From: Planctomycetota bacterium
Lineage (GTDB): Bacteria > Planctomycetota > UBA8108 > SXIK01
Length of the DNA stretch: 64,000 nucleotides
Assembly (NCBI GenBank): GCA_965223265.1
Contig: OZ244999.1
Span: forward strand, 7,488,001-7,552,000
Direction of reading: 5' to 3'
This document shows, piece by piece, positions 58,181 through 64,000 of this stretch. Both the position numbers and the translations under genes were made by a program. Every line of letters starts with the position of its first letter. Position 1 is the stretch's first letter. A model generated the notes under the pieces. The model did not search any database and had not been told where the DNA came from. It saw nothing but the letters and a program-made list of their open reading frames with translations.

Positions 58181-59281
58181 TTGACGAAGGTTCGCAGCGT
58201 CAAGAAACAGCTGGCGAAGAAAGGCCCCACGAAAAAGAAGGCTGCGGCCAAGAAAAGCAACGGCAAGAAGACGACAGCGAAAAAGAAGGCGACGACCGCT
58301 AAGAAGAAACCTGCTGCACGGCAAAGCGGGAAGAAGAGCGCGAAGAAAGAGAGTGCAGCGAAAAAAGTAAGCAAGAAGCCAAGTTCGAGCAAGGCGACGG
58401 CAAAGAAAGCGAGCGTCAAGAAAACGCCCGCGAAAGCCAGCACCAAGAAGACCAGCGCGAAGAAAAAAAGTAGCACGAAGACACCCGCGAAGACTTCCGC
58501 AGCCCGTAGCGTCAGCGCCAAGAAGACACCCGCGAAGAAGGCTGCGCACACGGCATCGGCGACGAAAGCGCCGAAGGTCGCAGAGAGCAGTGAAGGTGAG
58601 GCAGCTGCGGCGGCAACGGTGAAGAAGACCGCGAAGAAGAGCACGAAGAAGTCGACGCCGCGTGGCCTGCTGCCGCGCCCCCGATCGACGAAGCCCGCGC
58701 CGCGGCAGCCGATCGTCGAAAGCACGACTAAACACGTCGAGTCGCTCCGACAGCTATCCATCGAGAAGCTCGAAGAATTCTTCGAAACCGCAGCGGTGGA
58801 CGAGCTCCTGTCCATCTTTGAAGACAGCTACGCCAGCGATGTGGTCAATCTGCTCTTCGACCTGAAGAAGTCGACGGTGCGAACGCTTCTCGACAATCTC
58901 GCCAAAGCTCGCAAGCGCGCCATCGCCGAAGTGGCAACCTTGTATCACTACAAGGACTATCTGTTGAACCCGTTTCCGCTCGAAGTCGGGAGCGACCGCA
59001 TCCCGAATTGTTATGCGATTCTCGGGGTACCGCGCGACATCGACGCCGACGATCTTAAGATGGCGTACCGCTGGTTGAGCAAGGCGCACCAACCGGACCG
59101 ATTTCATCCTGACATGAGACCCGCTGGTCTCGAGCGCCTCGAAGAAATCGACGACGCCTACTGGCAGCTCAGCACGCCCGAACGGCGTGACCATGCCGAC
59201 GCCGTCCTTCCCAGCATGCCCTATCTCTACCCGCGCCGCGAACAGTCGTGGATCGACTCCGTCGCGCGGCTCATTGCGTAG
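58181..59281 (+). CDS. Histone-H1-like Lys/Ala-rich region + helical domain + C-terminal DnaJ-like J-domain
   Basis: About 170 aa of KKxA/KKTPAK repeats; CYAILGVPRDIDADDLKMAYRWLSKAHQPDRFHPD...EIDDAYWQLSTPERR. Start uncertain (TTG 58181 follows GAGGGG). Confidence 0.75.
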   Translation: MTKVRSVKKQLAKKGPTKKKAAAKKSNGKKTTAKKKATTAKKKPAARQSGKKSAKKESAAKKVSKKPSSSKATAKKASVKKTPAKASTKKTSAKKKSSTKTPAKTSAARSVSAKKTPAKKAAHTASATKAPKVAESSEGEAAAAATVKKTAKKSTKKSTPRGLLPRPRSTKPAPRQPIVESTTKHVESLRQLSIEKLEEFFETAAVDELLSIFEDSYASDVVNLLFDLKKSTVRTLLDNLAKARKRAIAEVATLYHYKDYLLNPFPLEVGSDRIPNCYAILGVPRDIDADDLKMAYRWLSKAHQPDRFHPDMRPAGLERLEEIDDAYWQLSTPERRDHADAVLPSMPYLYPRREQSWIDSVARLIA

Positions 59282-59417
59282 GGCGCGGCGCAGCTCAAGA
59301 ACGGCTCAGTGACCGTTACGCGTGTTGATCGCGGATGGGATCGCGGCTTCCACTTGCACCCCAGCGAGTCGGGGGTTCGTCCTTGGAACTGGAAAACTGG
59401 AAGCGGTGCGGGCGTCG

Positions 59418-61193
59418 CTAGGCCGTCGTCTGTTTCTGGGCGGGAACGAACTTGCCGGCGCGGTAGTCTGCCTCGTAAGCGTCGAGAGCTCGCCGCACTT
59501 CGCCGCTCAGGAAGTAGAGCCCGAAGACGTTAGGGAGCGCCATAAGGAGGATCATCAGGTCGCCGAACTCGAGGGCGTTCTTGCCGCTCATGACGGATCC
59601 GAGAAAGACGAAGAAGAGAAACAGAAATTTGTACGCCAGTGAGCTCCGCGGTCCGAACAGATTCGTCCAGCAGCGCTCGCCATAGTAGGACCAGGAGATC
59701 ATCGTCGAAAACGCGAACAGCACGACAGCGCTCAGGAGCACCCAAGGGAACCATCCCGCCAGCGCCGGCACTGTCTTGAACGCGGCGTTCGTCAGCGCCG
59801 CGCCGTGCTTTCCTGAGACGAGCTCAGCGTGCTCCGGGGCGTTGTAGACTCCGGTGATGACGATCACCAAGGCCGTCATCGTGCAAACGACGATGGTATC
59901 GATGAACGGCTCAAGGAGTGCGACAACCCCCTCCCGTACGGGATAGGGAGTTCTGGCCGCAGAGTGCGCAATCGACGCCGAACCGACGCCCGCTTCGTTC
60001 GAAAACGCCGCTCGCCTGAATCCCATGACAAGCGCGCCGATGGCACCGCCGTACATCGCTTCGCCTGAAAACGCACTGCCAAAAATCACCCCGAGCGCCG
60101 CCGGAATCTCGCCGACGTTGGCGCCCAGAATACAAAGACACGCGATCACATAGACGCCGCACATGACCGGCACGATCGCCTCGGCAGTGTGCGCGATGCG
60201 TCGGATACCGCCAATGATCACAATCCCCACGAGGACAGCCATGACGACGCCATAGACCCAGCCGTTCTCCTGAAAGAACGGCACCTGATCAGCAAGGATG
60301 CTCTTCGACTGGAAGACCTGAAAGGCATTGCCGCCGGCGACACTACCGCCGATACAAAAGATCGCGAACAGAATCGAGAGTGGCACACCGAGACCAGCGA
60401 GACCTTGGCGCGCCAATCCGTCCTTGAGGTAGTGCATGGGACCGCCGGAGACGTGCCCCTGCTCATCGACGTGGCGGTACATCTGACCGAGCGTGCACTC
60501 GGTGAACTTGAGCGACATGCCGAGAAAACCGGCAACGATCATCCAAAACGTTGCGCCGGGGCCGCCGAGCGAGACGGCGATGGCAACACCAGCGATATTG
60601 CCAAGGCCGACCGTAGCCGACAGCGCAGCGGAGAGCGCCTGGAAGTGTGTCACCTCGCCGGTAGCTTGCGGGTCGGAATACTTGCCGCGGACGACGCTCA
60701 GGGCGTGCCGAAACAGGCGCAGGTTGACGAATCGCATTCTGAGCGTAAAGAAAACCGCGCCGACGATCAGCCACACAACGACGAATGGCACCGTGACAAC
60801 TGCCGGTTCACCGGTCGGCCCGAGCACTTCCTGACCTCTCGAGTCCTTCGCTGCCTCTTCGCTGACCCCGATCCATGGACCGACGTTGTAGAACGGCACC
60901 GCGACGACGTACTCGAGAACTAAACCGATCTTGTCGTCGATCCGCTGTTCCCACTGGCGCGCCGATTCCCAAGGCGAAGCGTCAGCGCTCTTCTCCGCGG
61001 CAGATCCGTCGCCAGGTGACGTTGCCGTCGCACTCTGGCTGGCCTGGCCGTCGCTACTGGCTTTGGACGTCGTGGTCTCGCTTGGCGTCTCCTGGGCCAC
61101 CAGCGCCGCAGGTGAGATCAGGATCGTCGGCTGCTGAAACAGCACGAGCACGAACAGAAGGATGAGCTGCCTCGATTTCACTTCGAACCTCAT
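59418..61193 (-). CDS. Alanine/glycine:cation symporter (AGCS/AlsT family)
   Basis: HFQALSAALSATVGLGNIAGVA, GGPGATFWM, GGPMHY, RAAFSNEAGVGSA, EPFIDT, FAFSTMISWSYYGE. Confidence 0.92.
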   Translation of the reverse strand: MRFEVKSRQLILLFVLVLFQQPTILISPAALVAQETPSETTTSKASSDGQASQSATATSPGDGSAAEKSADASPWESARQWEQRIDDKIGLVLEYVVAVPFYNVGPWIGVSEEAAKDSRGQEVLGPTGEPAVVTVPFVVVWLIVGAVFFTLRMRFVNLRLFRHALSVVRGKYSDPQATGEVTHFQALSAALSATVGLGNIAGVAIAVSLGGPGATFWMIVAGFLGMSLKFTECTLGQMYRHVDEQGHVSGGPMHYLKDGLARQGLAGLGVPLSILFAIFCIGGSVAGGNAFQVFQSKSILADQVPFFQENGWVYGVVMAVLVGIVIIGGIRRIAHTAEAIVPVMCGVYVIACLCILGANVGEIPAALGVIFGSAFSGEAMYGGAIGALVMGFRRAAFSNEAGVGSASIAHSAARTPYPVREGVVALLEPFIDTIVVCTMTALVIVITGVYNAPEHAELVSGKHGAALTNAAFKTVPALAGWFPWVLLSAVVLFAFSTMISWSYYGERCWTNLFGPRSSLAYKFLFLFFVFLGSVMSGKNALEFGDLMILLMALPNVFGLYFLSGEVRRALDAYEADYRAGKFVPAQKQTTA

Positions 61194-61373
61194 GCCGAGC
61201 CTGAATTTTCCTTGTTGCGACGACTCACCATAGAGTCATCTATTCACCGTTTCAACTACATGCTCGCACGCGCTAGGGTCGTGCTGTTCGACGGTGTGGC
61301 GCGCGCGGCGCCGAGAAGTACCTCTCGCTCGACGTGCCGGACCCTCGAACTCAGGCGCGACGTTGCCACTCTT

Positions 61374-62018
61374 ATGATCGGCGAATCCAGCCATCGACCT
61401 TCACAGACGGCCTGCACAGACGGCTGCAGACTCCACCGCCCTCTGGTTACGCTGCTGTGGGCAGTGCCGCTTCTGCTCGTGGGAGGCTGTCACCATCTCG
61501 TGTCGCCGCCTGTGCCATCAACGCTTCCGTCCGACGAATCCCAACTGTTCCCACCGGACGAGCGACGGCTGGTTCGCCTCACGAACGGCTACGAGACCGA
61601 GGAAATCGTCTGGTTTCGGAGTGAAGGCCTCCACGCGCTTGGAGCCGATCAGCGTGAATGGACCGAACACGTCCTGCGTCTACTTGAGCGCGAGCTCATG
61701 CGACGCGGCGTCGAAGTCGTCCTCGGCGTCGCCGGCAGCCGCTCACCGCCGCGCGCCGCAGGCTCGCTGCAGATTCAGGTCACTCACATAGAACCGCCGA
61801 CGCGCGAAACCCGCACCGGCGCCAAGCTCGTCGCCACGGTCGCCAGTGATGATGGCAAGTTACTCCGAGAGTTCCAATCCGTTGACGACACGTCGTTCCG
61901 AGCTGCGCTGTATGATTTGCAGCGCACGATCCTCGCAGACACCGCCCTCCGTGCGTGGATTCGCGAGCTCCGTTCTCCTCACGATCAACACGACTCCCGC
62001 GCACACGCTCGGCGTTGA
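61374..62018 (+). CDS. Hypothetical lipoprotein
   Basis: Hydrophobic stretch ending LLLVGGC (lipobox-like); start uncertain. Confidence 0.5.
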   Translation: MIGESSHRPSQTACTDGCRLHRPLVTLLWAVPLLLVGGCHHLVSPPVPSTLPSDESQLFPPDERRLVRLTNGYETEEIVWFRSEGLHALGADQREWTEHVLRLLERELMRRGVEVVLGVAGSRSPPRAAGSLQIQVTHIEPPTRETRTGAKLVATVASDDGKLLREFQSVDDTSFRAALYDLQRTILADTALRAWIRELRSPHDQHDSRAHARR

Positions 62019-62089
62019 CTCAACACGGCTGGCGCTCCGATCTCGGCCGACCCAACTCTGTCATACCGACGATTAGCAGCTTGTTGAAG

Positions 62090-62584
62090 ATGCCCCACTT
62101 GATTTTCGCAACTCTCCGATCGCGATCGCTCTGGAGGATTGCACTCGAAACCGAGGAAATCAGCATCGGTTCGGCCAAAAACGCGACGGTCACGGTAGCC
62201 GATCCGCGGCTGGCAGCGCGCGAAGTCTTGATCCACAGCAGCAAAGCCGGGTTTCAGCTGGTCGACTTGGCGCGACGCCGGACCGTGTATGTCAACGGCC
62301 GAATCGCAAGCTCCACAATAGCGTTGGCCGACGGAGATTGTGTTCGCGTCGGTGACACGTGCTTCATGTTCCTGGTGGCCACGGAGCCCAGCGCCGAGAT
62401 GCTATCGAAGCGCGTGCGACAGCTGACAAGCCACATCGTCTCACCGCAGCAACTCGCCGCGCGCGAAGAGTCTCTCGGCGCCTCCCGGGCGCAGCCGCAG
62501 TGGCTGCGAACGGTCGCGATGATTCTCTGCGGCTTGGCGCTCGGAACCGTGGTCGCGATAGCCTACGCGCAACTCGCGCCGTAA
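62090..62584 (+). CDS. FHA-like domain protein with C-terminal TM anchor
   Basis: ISIGS, LVDL, VYVNG, LADGDCVRVG; the phosphothreonine-binding GR and SxxH residues are degenerate. Confidence 0.65.
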   Translation: MPHLIFATLRSRSLWRIALETEEISIGSAKNATVTVADPRLAAREVLIHSSKAGFQLVDLARRRTVYVNGRIASSTIALADGDCVRVGDTCFMFLVATEPSAEMLSKRVRQLTSHIVSPQQLAAREESLGASRAQPQWLRTVAMILCGLALGTVVAIAYAQLAP

Positions 62585-62605
62585 CTACACACTCTTTTGG
62601 GTTAA

Positions 62606-62777
62606 CAGCCTGTTGAAAAAGTGCTTCGAGCCGAAAACTGGTCTCTTCGCGTCCAGATCGGCCGCGGCAAACGCAGGTAATCTCCGAGCCCTCTTCTATA
62701 AGGCGGCGAGTATTGACGCGGTCGAGCTGGGCGTGAAGAGGCCGGTTTCTCGGCCGAATGACTTTTTCAACGGGCTG
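62606..62777. mobile_element. MITE-like whole-length palindromic element, copy 2, flanked by TTAA
   Basis: Same TIRs as 8293-8451; TTAA at 62602-62605 and 62778-62781; loop 13 nt longer. Confidence 0.8.
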
Positions 62778-62840
62778 TTAACCTCGAGTTTGGCCATTTC
62801 GCGTCGAGCCTGCCGCGAAGCGGCTTCCTTGAACTCGAGG

Positions 62841-63704
62841 CTAGGTCACCGGGCGCCTGCGCCGTCGATTGCGCGCCACCTTCCGGTCACCCCAAATCTT
62901 CGCGCCTCGAAGCATCTTCTCGCGCCGACTTGACGACGCTGACGGCTGCACGGCCAGCTCTGCAAGGTAGGCATCGATCAGCGCCTCCCAGTCCGCGGCC
63001 GTGACTCCCGCAGCTACGACCGCAGGCGCGCGAAAGCTGACACCGAGGCGCGCGAGGTCTCGTAGACGAATACGCTCCGACGGCGAGCCGCGGAGCCGAC
63101 TCATGCCTTCGAAGTCGATGAGGCTGACAGCAAACTCATCGCCTTCTTCCGACACCAAAATGTTGGCGGCCTTGAGATCTCGTTGGCGAAATCCGGCGTT
63201 GTGCATCGCCGCGATCGATCGCCCGAGGGAGCTGACAAGCGCTGCCATCGCACGCTCCCGCTCCGCCCCGCGTTTCGTGACCAAGTGGCGCGTCAAGTAG
63301 GCGAACAGATCAGGCGCTTCGAGTCGTTCAAGGATCAAACAACTCTCACTGCCCTGACCGGGAAGCGCGCGGTCGATCAGCCCCAAGGTTCGGACCGTAG
63401 GCACACCCGCCGCGGCTAGCGACAGACCTAGCCGAAAGGCGCGGAGGGCTCGAGCTGGCCGGCCCAGCAGTGCGCACACCACCTGCCGGCGCAGCGACAT
63501 TGTGTGGCGCTTCGCGAAGAGCTCCGCCTGCGCCGTCGACACGCGAGCAATGCGTCCGCGCATGCCGTGGCCGCACTGTGGCTGCTCGAACCAAGTCTCA
63601 TAGTCGCTCAGCCAACCACGCACAACCTCTTCAGAGAGGTCGGAAACGTAGGTGACGTGAAACGGCGGAGAGGAAATCGTTCGCGTGGGCGGGCGTTGGA
63701 TCAT
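62841..63704 (-). CDS. Lipopolysaccharide kinase (Kdo/WaaP/InaA) family protein
   Basis: LFAKRH, AGVPT, MHNAGFRQRDLKAANIL, LIDFEG, RDLARL; start uncertain. Confidence 0.8.
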   Translation of the reverse strand: MIQRPPTRTISSPPFHVTYVSDLSEEVVRGWLSDYETWFEQPQCGHGMRGRIARVSTAQAELFAKRHTMSLRRQVVCALLGRPARALRAFRLGLSLAAAGVPTVRTLGLIDRALPGQGSESCLILERLEAPDLFAYLTRHLVTKRGAERERAMAALVSSLGRSIAAMHNAGFRQRDLKAANILVSEEGDEFAVSLIDFEGMSRLRGSPSERIRLRDLARLGVSFRAPAVVAAGVTAADWEALIDAYLAELAVQPSASSSRREKMLRGAKIWGDRKVARNRRRRRPVT

Positions 63705-64000
63705 GTTCAAGACGGGTCCGGCCGAACCAGTTCGCCGTCGGCCTAGCCCGCAAAGAGCAGGGCGACGGCAATGGCGCGCGAGCATATCATCTTGTTCGAT
63801 GGCGCACGTCACAGATTCATCCGCGGGCGTTGTCTTTTTCTGCTTGCAAGGGTTAGATGGAGCTGCTAAAGAATAGCGGCTTCAGTAGTTAGAGAAATCG
63901 AAAAAGCGCCGTCAGCCGCCAGATCCGATCGTCAAGCGTGAGCCCAGCGCGTACGGCAAAGGCCCGCGGAGCTTTCGGGGTGCGCGGGGCCGGCCCAGTG

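Noticed and set aside
57868-58815. 315-aa Phe/Leu/Ala-rich membrane-like ORF on the minus strand
   Set aside because: Antisense shadow of the AAG-rich histone-like gene.
63877-64000. 3' end of a gene at the right edge
   Set aside because: Too short to assign a frame or product.

Overview
GC-rich bacterial chromosomal window, most likely Planctomycetota, judged from the DUF1549/DUF1553 + DUF1501 pair, PVC-type heme-binding protein, two PQQ-like propellers, dockerin-like tags and Ser/Thr kinases. It holds about 44 CDS: secreted propeller and hydrolase proteins, a VapBC toxin-antitoxin pair, an SSS transporter with Weimberg-type sugar-acid oxidation genes, a convergent GriC/GriD-like (LuxE/LuxC-like) carboxylate reductase pair, an AddA-like helicase-nuclease with no adjacent AddB, fbaB, a GlnA4/PuuA-type gamma-glutamylation cluster and a histone-H1-like/J-domain fusion. 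No rRNA, tRNA or CRISPR array was recognised. The most unusual non-coding structures are: (i) a four-helix-bundle (bAvd/IVP-like) gene cassette framed by a perfect (GTGGGAGT)x11 G-rich array, a nested long hairpin, a 3' hairpin and about 29 degenerate hexamers, followed by a truncated IS3; (ii) two copies, 54 kb apart, of a TTAA-flanked 160-170 bp whole-length hairpin element with G:U-biased and compensatory changes; (iii) related hexamer tracts next to the TA module and next to an IS481-like end. All family calls come from motif recognition by eye; no database searches were run.
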